Below, piece by piece: positions 25,881-34,653 of a DNA stretch of 38,076 bases (positions within the stretch are counted from its first letter, which is position 1; each line of letters starts with the position of its first letter). The position numbers and the translations under genes are program-made. The notes beneath the pieces were generated by a model. That model did no database searches. It was given only the letters and a program-made list of their open reading frames with translations, and was not told where the DNA came from. Source of the stretch: a virus (taxonomy: Duplodnaviria; Heunggongvirae; Uroviricota; Caudoviricetes); the IMG/VR virus record IMGVR_UViG_2690316068_000004, positions 1-38,076 of that record; one strand, given 5' to 3'.

Positions 25881-26358
25881 TATTCCTACGGGTCTTATTC
25901 TGACAATATATCCTGTGTTCCAGACTGCCACATCACCACATCCTGTGCCATTATCTGACTCACATTACATACATCGCATCGGGATACAGTAGTAGCACTT
26001 TCTGTAATACAGCTTCCTGTTTCTTCCACCATCGCACCGGGATAAACCCGCGAATCATTAACGCGGTAAAAACCCGGTGTGCATCGTTTTTAATTATTCC
26101 CGCACACTCACGCAGAAGGAATTCCCCCGTCGGGCTACGGTCATGGTTAATGCGGGAATACGGCGACGATACAGCGCAGCTAAAAGGGTAATGGACGGAT
26201 AGACCGGTTTATTTCATTCCACAGGATTCTGAGTGTCCCCAACTTCCTCCAATAGTCTGAGCCCACCTGTGTAGTTTTAATTTTCATCAATCCATTTAAC
26301 TATCGTTTAATTGTTGTCACATAGGATTCTGCCGTTTTTAACAATGCAGGATAATAAG

Positions 26359-26652
26359 ATGAAAAAAATGTTGTTTTCTGCCGCTCTGGCAATGCTTATT
26401 ACAGGATGTGCTCAACAGACGTTTACTGTTGGAAACAAACCTACAGCAGTAACACCAAAGGAAACCATCACCCATCATTTCTTCGTTTCGGGAATTGGGC
26501 AGAAGAAAACTGTCGATGCAGCAAAAATTTGTGGTGGTGCAGAAAATGTTGTTAAAACAGAAACCCAGCAAACATTCGTAAATGGATTGCTCGGTTTTAT
26601 TACTTTAGGCATTTATACTCCGCTGGAAGCGCGTGTGTATTGCTCACAATAA
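26359..26652 (+). CDS. bor: Bor lipoprotein (serum-resistance moron)
   Basis: MKKMLFSAALAMLITGCAQQTFTV... matches lambda Bor; opposite strand to the lysis genes as in lambda. Confidence 0.9.
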   Translation: MKKMLFSAALAMLITGCAQQTFTVGNKPTAVTPKETITHHFFVSGIGQKKTVDAAKICGGAENVVKTETQQTFVNGLLGFITLGIYTPLEARVYCSQ

Positions 26653-26683
26653 TTGCATGAGTTGCCCATCGATATGGGCAGCT

Positions 26684-27145
26684 CTATCTGCACTGCTCAT
26701 TAATATACTTCTGGGTTCCTTCCAGTTGTTTTTGCATAGTGATCAGCCTCTCTCTGAGGGTGAAATAATCCCGTTCAGCGGTGTCTGCCAGTCGGGGGGA
26801 GGCTGCATTATCCACGCCGGAGGCGGTGGTGGCTTCACGCACTGACTGACAGACTGCTTTGATGTGCAACCGACGACGACCAGCGGCAACATCATCACGT
26901 AGAGCATCATTTTCAGCTTTCGCATCAGCTAACTCCTTCGTGTATTTTGCATCGAGCGCAGCAACATCACGCTGACGCATCTGCATGTCAGTAATTGCCG
27001 CGTTCGCCAGCTTCAGTTCTCTGGCATTTTTGTCGCGCTGGGCTTTGTAGGTAATGGCGTTATCACGATAATGATTAACAGCCCATGACATGCAGACGAT
27101 GATGCAGATGAGCAGAGCGGAGATAATCGCGGCTACTCTTCTCAC
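26684..27145 (-). CDS. Rz: Inner-membrane spanin Rz, GTG start
   Basis: (V)[44 protein letters not shown]... matches lambda Rz; GTG at 27143..27145 preceded by GGGGGA. Confidence 0.85.
   Translation of the reverse strand: MRRVAAIISALLICIIVCMSWAVNHYRDNAITYKAQRDKNARELKLANAAITDMQMRQRDVAALDAKYTKELADAKAENDALRDDVAAGRRRLHIKAVCQSVREATTASGVDNAASPRLADTAERDYFTLRERLITMQKQLEGTQKYINEQCR
26743..26925 (-). CDS. Rz1: Outer-membrane lipoprotein spanin Rz1, embedded in Rz in the +1 frame
   Basis: 60 aa [24 protein letters not shown]...[15 protein letters not shown], lipobox and proline-rich as in lambda Rz1. Confidence 0.85.
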   Translation of the reverse strand: MRKLKMMLYVMMLPLVVVGCTSKQSVSQCVKPPPPPAWIMQPPPDWQTPLNGIISPSERG

Positions 27146-27676
27146 TGATCTATCCCCCAACAGGCTAAATGCGCTTTCCTGGTCACGACGAATAACCTGT
27201 CCGTAGCAGTTATTTGAACGTGTGCGGCAATCACGCCCACCGTCCTTAATCCACCAGCGAATCGACTCACAGGCACCTTTACGATCACCGGCATTAAGCC
27301 GCTTATAAAACGTCGACGGGAAACACTTACCGGGGCCAATGTTATAGGGACAAAATGACGCGATACCTGCTTTTTGTGGCTCGGTCAGTGGAACTTTTAT
27401 ATTACGCTCCACCCATGCCAGCGCCTTATCCCGCTCAATGGCGTTAACCTGGGCGCATTTTTCCTTCGACAGTTTCATGCCCGGAATAACAGGTTTACCC
27501 TCCACCACAGTGGCACCCCGGCAAATGGTCCATATGCCGGAACCATCGCGGTATGCCGTTGTGTGGTTACCCTCTTTTTCGTCCAGAAACTGGTCAAGTA
27601 TCTGAGGAGCAGACGCGCCTGCGGCAATCAGCGCCAGAACAGCAGCCGACAGGCCGTATCTGATTTTTACGTTCAT
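27142..27676 (-). pseudogene. R: Phage lysozyme (GH24-type, signal-anchor N-terminus), apparently frameshifted near the 3' end so the ORF reads through into Rz
   Basis: The 330-aa ORF is lysozyme (aa 1-177) plus Rz (aa 178-330) with no stop; the expected C-terminus ...ACWGIDQ and TGA at 27142..27144 lie in the +1 frame; the span is 535 nt, one more than 178 codons. Confidence 0.7.
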
Positions 27677-27810
27677 GGATATTTATCAGGATTTATCGGT
27701 TTCTGAACCCTGGATATGTTAAGCATTCAGCCCGTCAGTGGTAGGACACTGGCGCTCTGGTTAAGGATTATGGGGGATGCTGGCTGAGCTACCCCATCTG
27801 AGGATTTGAT

Positions 27811-28050
27811 ATGCAAAAAGAAGTTTTTATCAATATTACAGCTGACTGCTCATCTCCTGCATCAACAGCAAAAGAAATTGAAGCTCTTAAATATATGATT
27901 ACAGTAATATTTTCCGTATTGGACCAGAATGAAAAAAATGGAATCATTCATCAATTAAATGAACATGTAAATAATCCATATATCAAAAGCAATCTGGAAA
28001 TGCTGCTACCAATGAAAGATATTGGAAAACCAACTGAAACAAAAGGCTAA
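27811..28050 (+). CDS. Hypothetical 79-aa protein, AT-rich moron inside the lysis cassette on the opposite strand
   Basis: ORF with GAGGA RBS 8 nt upstream of the ATG; AT-rich; no recognised homology. Confidence 0.5.
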   Translation: MQKEVFINITADCSSPASTAKEIEALKYMITVIFSVLDQNEKNGIIHQLNEHVNNPYIKSNLEMLLPMKDIGKPTETKG

Positions 28051-28361
28051 CAACCAGTAATTGAGTTATCTGAACTGTTAATTTTTATGGTATACCGCGC
28101 CTCTGAACAGGGGCGCGTTTCTGGCAACAGCTCGTCCCCTTCACATAACCCGGCAGCAACATCCAGGAAGACCTGTCTGATGCTCCTTCTGGCTGCAGCC
28201 TCATAAAACTCCAGCGCGGCACCTTCAACACGGTCCAGCGAGATGTCCAGGTCAAAAATTTCACCGTCAAAGCGTTTTTTGTCCCGTAATGCTAAAGTTA
28301 CCGTAACTTTATTCTCAAAATTGCGGATTCCTTTCACAATCATTTCATAGTATTGGGCCAT
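28047..28361 (-). CDS. Hypothetical 104-aa protein between holin and lysozyme (possibly YdfR/DUF1327-like; family unverified)
   Basis: Same strand as the lysis genes; starts 5 nt after the holin stop. Confidence 0.55.
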   Translation of the reverse strand: MAQYYEMIVKGIRNFENKVTVTLALRDKKRFDGEIFDLDISLDRVEGAALEFYEAAARRSIRQVFLDVAAGLCEGDELLPETRPCSEARYTIKINSSDNSITGC

Positions 28362-28365
28362 TATA

Positions 28366-28581
28366 TTACTCTCCTCTCGCAGCCTTTCTTCTGTCTTCTC
28401 TGATTTTGAAGTACAGATTTGTCAGATAAGTCAAAAAGCCCAGAACTAGACTTCCCAGCACACCAATTGCAGCCCACTGTGACGGACTGACCTGATCCAA
28501 CCACTGTAAAAACCAGTATCCCGCACTACCAGCGGATGTTCCGTAGGCAATGCCAGTTGAGATTTTGTCCATTGATTTCAT
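28366..28581 (-). CDS. S: Holin/antiholin, phage 21 S21 (pinholin) type with dual-start motif MKSMDK
   Basis: 71 aa [30 protein letters not shown]... with two TM segments; matches S21 as recalled. Confidence 0.85.
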   Translation of the reverse strand: MKSMDKISTGIAYGTSAGSAGYWFLQWLDQVSPSQWAAIGVLGSLVLGFLTYLTNLYFKIREDRRKAARGE

Positions 28582-28698
28582 AGCAACGCCTCCGCCAGTA
28601 ACGGATTGCGTAGTTCTTATATTGGGAATGGGAAAAAGAAGGCCGCAGCATAACTATCACTGATTAGTTCAGGATAGCCAGTGACTACGGCTAAGTTA

Positions 28699-28774
28699 TG
28701 GTGCTGGTTAACGGACTTGAACCGCCACCCATTCGCTTACAAGGCGACTGCTCTACCATTGGAGCTAAACCAGC
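28699..28774 (-). tRNA. tRNA, predicted anticodon UGU (Thr) from hand folding
   Basis: 76 nt folding as a cloverleaf with GCTC/GAGC D-stem, anticodon loop CTTGTAA, T-loop TTCAAGT, encoded CCA; C at position 14 and a G.A pair at the top of the anticodon stem. Confidence 0.6.
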
Positions 28775-28779
28775 ATGTT

Positions 28780-28854
28780 TGGCGGGACAGCGTGGACTCG
28801 AACCACGATAAGAAGGTTAACAGCCTTCCGTAATGACCTTTATACGACTGACCC
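28780..28854 (-). tRNA. tRNA-Asn (anticodon GUU)
   Basis: 75 nt with anticodon arm GAAGG-CTGTTAA-CCTTC, T-arm CGTGG-TTCGAGT-CCACG, encoded CCA; one T.T mismatch in the acceptor stem. Confidence 0.65.
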
Positions 28855-28910
28855 AAATAAAAAAAGCCACCGTTACAACTTAAGAGTCACTAACGGCAAC
28901 TTACCTGCTA

Positions 28911-28940
28911 ATTATGGCTAAATGGCTAATTGCATGTCAA
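28911..28940 (-). promoter_or_regulatory. Candidate late promoter pR' overlapping the Q stop codon
   Basis: Minus-strand TTGACA (28935..28940), 18-nt spacer, CATAAT (28911..28916); hairpin and T-run follow before the tRNAs. Confidence 0.4.
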
Positions 28941-29436
28941 GGCTTTTAACAGCAATATGCTTAACTTTCTCAACACGTTTACGCATTTTGAAAGCATTTT
29001 GCATTGGTTGGTACAAAACAAATAACGACGCTTTCAGGATGTCGTCAATTTCGTTTCTACAGGTTGCCAGTGAAGGTTTTCTCCATCCCTCGCCACCACG
29101 CCCACACATCTTGCGCGGCTTTGCAGTCGCGTGATAGTAGGATGCAATTGCTCGCTTAGATGAACCATGAGCGTAGTAGCTAAGGAGGATGCCAAAGGCT
29201 TTCTTGTCAATGCACATGACGGAATCGACGACCTGAGAAATCAACATTCCATCATCATCATTGCACATTGGCCTTGTCATAACTCTTCCCGGCTCTACGC
29301 TCTCCATGAACTTCGCTATTACGCTGCTCATGCGCTTTTCCAAACGACCTGAATAAACCCATGCGCCCCACAGTTCAAGCCAGCCATTCAGCCACTCGTG
29401 CTGCTCTTTGGTGAGGTTTAGCTCTCTTATACCCAT
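28918..29436 (-). CDS. Q: Late-gene antiterminator Q (phage 21/82-type Q family, not lambda-type)
   Basis: 172 aa with WGAW and CNDDD motifs characteristic of that Q family as recalled; canonical position before the tRNAs and holin. Confidence 0.7.
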   Translation of the reverse strand: MGIRELNLTKEQHEWLNGWLELWGAWVYSGRLEKRMSSVIAKFMESVEPGRVMTRPMCNDDDGMLISQVVDSVMCIDKKAFGILLSYYAHGSSKRAIASYYHATAKPRKMCGRGGEGWRKPSLATCRNEIDDILKASLFVLYQPMQNAFKMRKRVEKVKHIAVKSLDMQLAI

Positions 29437-30098
29437 GCGACTTCTCCCTGTACCTGAATCAATGTGAGGTTTCCGCAGAACACTGCGCCGGTATCGATAT
29501 ACATCTGGTTGGCAAATTTGAGTGGTTTCACTGCTGGCGTATGACCAAAGATGAACGTGTCCGCGCCTTTGATTTCTTTCACGATCCCGTCTTGTGAGTT
29601 GCCGATTCGTTCGCGGTTCCAGATTACCTGCTGAGGATCAACTGGCTTTCCAAATTCGTATTCGTTACAAGGATAATCGGCGTGGCAAATGACATATTTT
29701 TTATCTTTGCTCACCAGTTCGATGATTAACGGAAGTTCTTCTGCTTTATGGGCAAGAACTTTAGCCAGAGTCTCTTTGTCGTAATCGAGATTAAAGAACC
29801 AGCCACCGCCATTAAGCAGCCAGTGATTAACGTTTCCACGCTCTGATAAGCCATCAATCATCATTTGCTCATGGTTTCCACGTACAGCTCTGAACCAGGG
29901 GAATGTGATTAATTCCAGACATTCGACGTTCTCTGTACCGCGATCAACCAAATCGCCAACCGAGATGAGCAGGTCTTTTTTGTTGTCGAATCCAATCGTA
30001 TCCAGTTTGTTCATCAGGTTCGTGTAGCATCCGTGCAGGTCGCCAGCTACCCAAATATTTCGGTATTTGCTGCCATCAATTCTTTCGTAGATATTCAT
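29427..30098 (-). CDS. Ser/Thr protein phosphatase (lambda PPase / Nin221 homologue)
   Basis: GDLHG, GDLVDRG and GNHE metallophosphatase motifs; matches lambda phosphatase as recalled. Confidence 0.9.
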   Translation of the reverse strand: MNIYERIDGSKYRNIWVAGDLHGCYTNLMNKLDTIGFDNKKDLLISVGDLVDRGTENVECLELITFPWFRAVRGNHEQMMIDGLSERGNVNHWLLNGGGWFFNLDYDKETLAKVLAHKAEELPLIIELVSKDKKYVICHADYPCNEYEFGKPVDPQQVIWNRERIGNSQDGIVKEIKGADTFIFGHTPAVKPLKFANQMYIDTGAVFCGNLTLIQVQGEVAWV

Positions 30099-30709
30099 GC
30101 AGCCTCACTTCTGCTGTTTCGCAGGTCTTTGAGTTTCTGTTGGTACTCTGCCTTGATCGCCTTGCACTCTTCGACAGTCCAGCGATGGCGGTTATGGTTT
30201 GATTCGATTTCGTCTACTGCTTCCTGCCCGATGCGGCTAATCAGTTCGACGCGATACGGAACGAGATTTCCGCTTTTGTGCTGGTTGCACACCACGCATT
30301 GCTTGTGAATATTGCGTTCATCAAATCGGAGTTGAGGTGCCGCAGCAGTTGTCCGGTAATGTCCGGCATCCCACTGAGCAGACGTGAGCGTTCCGCACGA
30401 GATACATGGTAAGTCGCGGTCTCTTTCTCTGATGAAGGCGTTTACGGCTTGTTGGGCTTGTTTAATCCAGTAACTGCGGGGCTTTAAGGCGAGTTTTCGA
30501 ATCTTAAGTTTATCTTTCTGTTTCTGCTCCTCTCGTCGTCGTTTCTTCTCTGCTGCTTTTTCCGCTTTTTCGCGTTCTTTACTTCGTCGTTCGAGTGCTA
30601 TCTTGGTTCCACACTCTGGAGAGCACCACCACTGATTAGCGAATGCAGGGTGAAACCATTCCCGACATTCATCGTTTTTACATCGTCTTCGCGCTGGTTT
30701 AGCCATCAT
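30095..30709 (-). CDS. ninG: NinG (Rap) recombination-associated protein
   Basis: 204 aa [28 protein letters not shown]..., matches lambda NinG. Confidence 0.9.
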   Translation of the reverse strand: MMAKPARRRCKNDECREWFHPAFANQWWCSPECGTKIALERRSKEREKAEKAAEKKRRREEQKQKDKLKIRKLALKPRSYWIKQAQQAVNAFIRERDRDLPCISCGTLTSAQWDAGHYRTTAAAPQLRFDERNIHKQCVVCNQHKSGNLVPYRVELISRIGQEAVDEIESNHNRHRWTVEECKAIKAEYQQKLKDLRNSRSEAA

Positions 30710-30869
30710 CTTCTTCCTCGTGCATCGAGCTATTCGAATCGCTCATCAGCTCTGCACAGCAGTGCTCACACACGTGAACTTCCAGCACATGCAGCTTCTG
30801 ACCGCAATTAGCGCACGTTAAAGCCCGCTCGACGCTTTCTTGTTCGTAACTTCGATTTGGGTCAATCAC
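30699..30869 (-). CDS. ninF: NinF, probable GTG start overlapping the NinE stop
   Basis: (V)[37 protein letters not shown] matches lambda NinF; longer ORF to 30911 is possible. Confidence 0.65.
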   Translation of the reverse strand: MIDPNRSYEQESVERALTCANCGQKLHVLEVHVCEHCCAELMSDSNSSMHEEEDDG

Positions 30870-31048
30870 CTTGTATTCCTCGCACGATGTCTTAGCCACC
30901 GGATATCCCACAGGTGAGCCGTGTAGTTGAAGGTTTTTACGTCAGATTCTTTTGGGATTGGCTTGCGTTTATTTCTGGAGCGTTTCGTTGGAAGGTATTT
31001 GCAGTTTTCGCAGATGATGTCGGTGAAACTTCGTCGTTGTCGCCTCAT
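30866..31048 (-). CDS. ninE: NinE
   Basis: Internal start [23 protein letters not shown]... matches lambda NinE (60 aa). Confidence 0.8.
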   Translation of the reverse strand: MRRQRRSFTDIICENCKYLPTKRSRNKRKPIPKESDVKTFNYTAHLWDIRWLRHRARNTR

Positions 31049-31572
31049 GCCGCCCTCCTGACGCCCTGCCCGATCGCCATCAATGCCGCTTTGGATACGA
31101 TAGTAAACATCCGTCGAGGACTGATGAACGGTCGCCAAATCAGCAGCATGGAGCCTTTGCTGTTTCCCTTCTTTTCCAGCCCTGTCGATGGTTCGATAAA
31201 ATTAATCCGTCCATCAGTGATAATACGAACTTCGTCAACACTCTCCAGAGCCTTGCTGAACCATCCGACAGACATATCCTCTGGCACAAGCATCACTACC
31301 GTCTGTCGCTGTTGTATGCACTGCTCAGCGGCTTTTTCCACCCACGGCCTGATATTGCTGTACGGTGGGTTATTCCAGATTGCACCGTGGCTTACCCACT
31401 CAGAATTGAGCGCGTCGTCGTCCTCAGTTAGCCAGTGAGCGCACAGAGCATTTTTGTCGCTCGCTGCCGAATCCAGCCAGAATCCAAACTCAATATCCAG
31501 TGCATCAAAAAGCCAAAGCGGCGTTTGCCAGCAGTCCTTGTCGTGTGCTGGAGTATTTGATTTGATAGTCAT
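31045..31572 (-). CDS. Phage Dam-like DNA N6-adenine methyltransferase
   Basis: NPPY motif (IWNNPPYSN); ATG at 31570..31572 overlaps the NinB stop; occupies the slot of lambda ninC/ninD. Confidence 0.75.
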   Translation of the reverse strand: MTIKSNTPAHDKDCWQTPLWLFDALDIEFGFWLDSAASDKNALCAHWLTEDDDALNSEWVSHGAIWNNPPYSNIRPWVEKAAEQCIQQRQTVVMLVPEDMSVGWFSKALESVDEVRIITDGRINFIEPSTGLEKKGNSKGSMLLIWRPFISPRRMFTIVSKAALMAIGQGVRRAA

Positions 31573-32009
31573 GCAGCCCGATCTCCCCATCGCGCTTTCC
31601 ATTCGAGAGCTAGTCGCGCTTCGTCTGACCACTTAACGCCACGCTCTGTACCGAATGCCTGTATAAGCTCTAATAGCTCCGCAAATTCGCTTACACGCAT
31701 CCTGCTGGTTGACTGGCCTATTACCACAAAGCCATTCCCGGCAAGGTTAGGAACAACGTCCTGCTGCTTTAATGCTGCTGTAAAAACGCACTTCCAGCTT
31801 TCTGCATCCAGCCAGCGACCATGCCATTCAACCTGACGAGAGACGTCACCAAGGCAAGCCCAAAGCTTTCGATTCTGGTCTAAGCTGCGGTTGCGTTCCT
31901 GAATGGTTACTACGATTGGTTTGGTTGGGTCTGGAAGGATTTGCTGGATAGCTTGAATGGCGTTCTGCTGATGTGCTGGAGATCGAATTTCAAAGGTTAG
32001 TTTTTTCAT
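31569..32009 (-). CDS. ninB: NinB (Orf) recombination mediator
   Basis: Internal start MKKLTFEIRSPAHQQNAI... matches lambda NinB. Confidence 0.9.
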   Translation of the reverse strand: MKKLTFEIRSPAHQQNAIQAIQQILPDPTKPIVVTIQERNRSLDQNRKLWACLGDVSRQVEWHGRWLDAESWKCVFTAALKQQDVVPNLAGNGFVVIGQSTSRMRVSEFAELLELIQAFGTERGVKWSDEARLALEWKARWGDRAA

Positions 32010-32082
32010 GACTTCCCTCTCCCCCAAATAAAAAGGCCTGCGATTACCAGCAGGCCTGTTATTAGCTCAGTGATGTAGATGG

Positions 32083-32373
32083 TCATCTTTTAACTCCATA
32101 TACCGCCAATACCCGTTTCATCGCGGCACTCTGGCGACACTCCTTAAAAATCAGGTTCGTGCTCATCTTTCCTTCCCGTTCTTCCCTGGTAGCAAACCGG
32201 TAATACACCGTTCGCCAGACCTTACCTTCGATAACCAGAAGACCTGCCCGTGCCATTTTAGCCGCGGCCTGATTTATGCTGGTTACTGTTGCGCCTGTTA
32301 GCGCGGCAACGTCCGGCGCACAGAAGCTATTATGCGTCCCCAAGTAATGAATAATTGCCTCTTTGCCCGTCAT
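32083..32373 (-). CDS. ren: Ren (Rex-exclusion relief) protein
   Basis: 96 aa MTGKEAIIHYLGTHNSFCAPDVAALTGATV..., matches lambda Ren. Confidence 0.9.
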   Translation of the reverse strand: MTGKEAIIHYLGTHNSFCAPDVAALTGATVTSINQAAAKMARAGLLVIEGKVWRTVYYRFATREEREGKMSTNLIFKECRQSAAMKRVLAVYGVKR

Positions 32374-33071
32374 ACACTTGCTCCTTTCAGTCCGAACTTA
32401 GCTTTGAGTTCTGCGATCTTCGCCAGAGCCTGTGCACGATTTAGAGGTCTACCGCCCATGACAGGAAGTTGTTTTACTGGTTCAGGGATCGCCTCACCAC
32501 GGTTAATTCTCGCAGTCATATGGACAAGCTCATCTGCGGCCTTACGGCGTAATTCCGCATCAGTAAGCGCATTGGCCCGCATGTTCTGATACAGGTTGGT
32601 AACCAGCCAGTAGTGCGCGTTCGATTTCCACGGATAAGACTCTGCATCCGGATACAGGCCTCGCTTCCGGCAATACTCGTAAACCATATCAACCAGCTCG
32701 CTGACGTTTGGCAGTCCGGCGATAACGGATGCTTCTTCTCGGCACCATGCAACAAACTGCCCGGGTGATGGCAGAAATGGTCGATTCTGCCGACGGGCTA
32801 CGCGCATTCCTGCGTTAACCTGTTCCATTGTGGTGATCCCGTTTTCCCGGAAAGCCAGAACCCACTGGCGGCGGATTTCGTTCAGTTCGTTCTGGTCACG
32901 GTTAGCCAGACTCGCCGGGAAAGTTGCCAGTAACTGGCTGAACACACCGTTGATGATCTGCGCAACCTGCTGTACCTGCGGCTTTTCGTCGTACTGTTCC
33001 GGCATGTTGTTGGCGATCCGACGCATCTGCTCACGGTCAAAGTTAACCATCTGTGCGGCGATGTTTTTCAT
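32370..33071 (-). CDS. P: Replication protein P (DnaB helicase loader)
   Basis: 233 aa MKNIAAQMVNFDREQMRRIANNMPEQYDEKPQ..., matches lambda P. Confidence 0.95.
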   Translation of the reverse strand: MKNIAAQMVNFDREQMRRIANNMPEQYDEKPQVQQVAQIINGVFSQLLATFPASLANRDQNELNEIRRQWVLAFRENGITTMEQVNAGMRVARRQNRPFLPSPGQFVAWCREEASVIAGLPNVSELVDMVYEYCRKRGLYPDAESYPWKSNAHYWLVTNLYQNMRANALTDAELRRKAADELVHMTARINRGEAIPEPVKQLPVMGGRPLNRAQALAKIAELKAKFGLKGASV

Positions 33072-33967
33072 AGATCCACCCCGTAAATCCAGTCTGTGTT
33101 TGTCAGGTCCAGTTTTGGTTTGCTGGCTGTCACGACTGCCTGTTGCTTGTTACGGTTGATTTCGAGCTGGGTCCACTTGTCGCGGAGTTTGGCCGGGCTA
33201 AGCACGTTACCGGACCAGAAGTTGTCCTGGCATGCCCAGCGGAACAGCACGCACATGTCGCGGTGGTTACGTCCGTCACGTTCACGCATCAGGCGGATAT
33301 CGTTAGCCCACCCAGCAAAATTCGGTTTTCTGGCTGATGGTGCGATAGTCTTCACCATGTCAAACATCCACTCTGCGGCGGTCAGGTCTTCTGCTGTTCC
33401 CCACTTGCTGCCGCTCTGAATTGCAGCATCCGGTTTAACCACAGAAAGATCGTTTTCTGGCTGGTCAGAGGATTCGCCAGAATTCTCTGACGAATAATCT
33501 TTTCTTTTTTCTTTTGTATTAGTGTCTTTTGTGTCCCCCTGTTTTGAGGGATAGCAATCCCCCAATTTGAGGGATGTTTTATCCCTCGTTTTAGGGGATT
33601 TTCCCTCGTTTTGAGGGATACACCATTCTGAGATGTTTTTATTTGGTCCAAACATGCCGCCTTGCTGCTTGATAATATTCATTCTGACGAGTTCTAACTT
33701 GGCTTCATTGCACCGTTTGACGGGTAACTTTGTAATCTCGCTAAGTTGAGAATCGGTGATTCTGTCCATTGGTTTATTCCACCCATAGGTTTTACGCAGA
33801 ATGGCAAGCAGCACTTTAAACTGTCGCTTGGTCAGATCTGCGCCTGAATAAGCCTCAAGCAGCATATTTGATAGTCTGGCGTAACCATCATCGAGATCTG
33901 CCACATTACGCTCCTGTTTGGCAAAGTTACCTCTGCAGAAGTTGAGTATTTTTGCTGTATTTGTCAT
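33068..33967 (-). CDS. O: Replication initiator O
   Basis: 299 aa MTNTAKILNFCRGNFAKQERNVADLDDGYARLSNMLLEAY..., matches lambda O. Confidence 0.95.
   Translation of the reverse strand: MTNTAKILNFCRGNFAKQERNVADLDDGYARLSNMLLEAYSGADLTKRQFKVLLAILRKTYGWNKPMDRITDSQLSEITKLPVKRCNEAKLELVRMNIIKQQGGMFGPNKNISEWCIPQNEGKSPKTRDKTSLKLGDCYPSKQGDTKDTNTKEKRKDYSSENSGESSDQPENDLSVVKPDAAIQSGSKWGTAEDLTAAEWMFDMVKTIAPSARKPNFAGWANDIRLMRERDGRNHRDMCVLFRWACQDNFWSGNVLSPAKLRDKWTQLEINRNKQQAVVTASKPKLDLTNTDWIYGVDL
33545..33629. repeat. ori-lambda iterons (four ~19-bp O-binding repeats) inside the O coding region, next to an AT-rich segment
   Basis: tccccctgttttgagggat, atcccccaatttgagggat, atccctcgttttaggggat, ttccctcgttttgagggat in tandem. 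Confidence 0.85.
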
Positions 33968-33979
33968 AATGACTCCTGT

Positions 33980-34056
33980 GGATTGATCCAGTAATGACCT
34001 CAGAATTCCATCTGGATTTGTTCAGAACGCTCGGTTGCCGCCGGGCGTTTTTTATT
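33980..34056 (+). ncRNA. oop: oop antisense RNA with tO terminator, overlapping the cII 3' end; 5' end approximate
   Basis: Plus-strand ...gttcagaacgctcggttgccgccgggcgttttttatt matches the lambda t0 terminator region as recalled. Confidence 0.6.
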
Positions 34057-34296
34057 GGTGAGTCCATCAAGCGCATACTTAAAAGCCCTGCTAATCGGAC
34101 TGATGTCTGATGCCATTCCGAAAGCACACAAGACCGAAGCAATAAATCTCCAGTCCGTTCTGCTTATCTTCGATTCATGACAGCCAATCATCTTTGCCAG
34201 ACCGCGCTGGGTAATAGCTGACAGATTGATAAGTAAATCTGTTTCTGCGCGATCAACGTCACGCTGTGATAGTTTGCTGTAACTTGTTCTTTCCAT
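34000..34296 (-). CDS. cII: Transcriptional activator CII, C-terminus lambda-like and N-terminal region divergent
   Basis: 98 aa ending TNKKRPAATERSEQIQMEF as in lambda CII. Confidence 0.8.
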   Translation of the reverse strand: MERTSYSKLSQRDVDRAETDLLINLSAITQRGLAKMIGCHESKISRTDWRFIASVLCAFGMASDISPISRAFKYALDGLTNKKRPAATERSEQIQMEF

Positions 34297-34382
34297 CTCT
34301 TAAGATTTCCAATAGTGAATAGTTAGTTGAAAGGTATGCGTGGAAACGCATATGGCCTTAGTTGGTCAGATATCTTGGAACT

Positions 34383-34427
34383 CGCTTTTCAGCGACGTAG
34401 GACGAATGTCCGTTGTTACAAAGAGCG
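34383..34427 (-). promoter_or_regulatory. nutR: boxA (CGCTCTTTG, 34419..34427) and boxB hairpin (CGCTGAAAAGCG, 34383..34394)
   Basis: boxA immediately after the cro stop; boxB stem-loop with GAAAA loop. Confidence 0.6.
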
Positions 34428-34437
34428 GATCCGCTTA

Positions 34438-34653
34438 TTAAGCGGCTTTGTGTTCCGGCGGGAACACGTCATCAAGACTGACTTTTGCGCCTAACTTGTT
34501 TAGGCACGCAACAAGAGCACGGCATGTTTTAAGGTCTGGGAAGCGACGACCAGATTCCCAATGTCCGATAGCTCCCTGTGTGCATCCAACTGCCTTAGCA
34601 AGTGTTGTTTGAGAGATATTCAGTGACTCTCGATATTTTCGTAGGTTGCTCAT
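34438..34653 (-). CDS. cro: Cro-type HTH repressor
   Basis: 71 aa from MSNLRKYRESLNISQTTLAKAVGCTQGAIGHWESG (HTH); GGAGGG RBS; divergent from cI. Confidence 0.8.
   Translation of the reverse strand: MSNLRKYRESLNISQTTLAKAVGCTQGAIGHWESGRRFPDLKTCRALVACLNKLGAKVSLDDVFPPEHKAA

Noticed and set aside
26684-27676. 330-aa ORF taken at face value as a natural lysozyme-Rz fusion protein
   Set aside because: The native lysozyme terminus and a TGA overlapping the Rz GTG start are in the +1 frame and the length is off by one base, so a frameshift or sequencing error explains it better.
28699-28854. Possibility that a phage tRNA is an amber suppressor rescuing the terminase TAG
   Set aside because: Hand-folded anticodons are UGU and GUU, not CUA.
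33927-34142. 71-aa minus-strand ORF
   Set aside because: Alternate frame over the cII 3' end and the oop/tO element.
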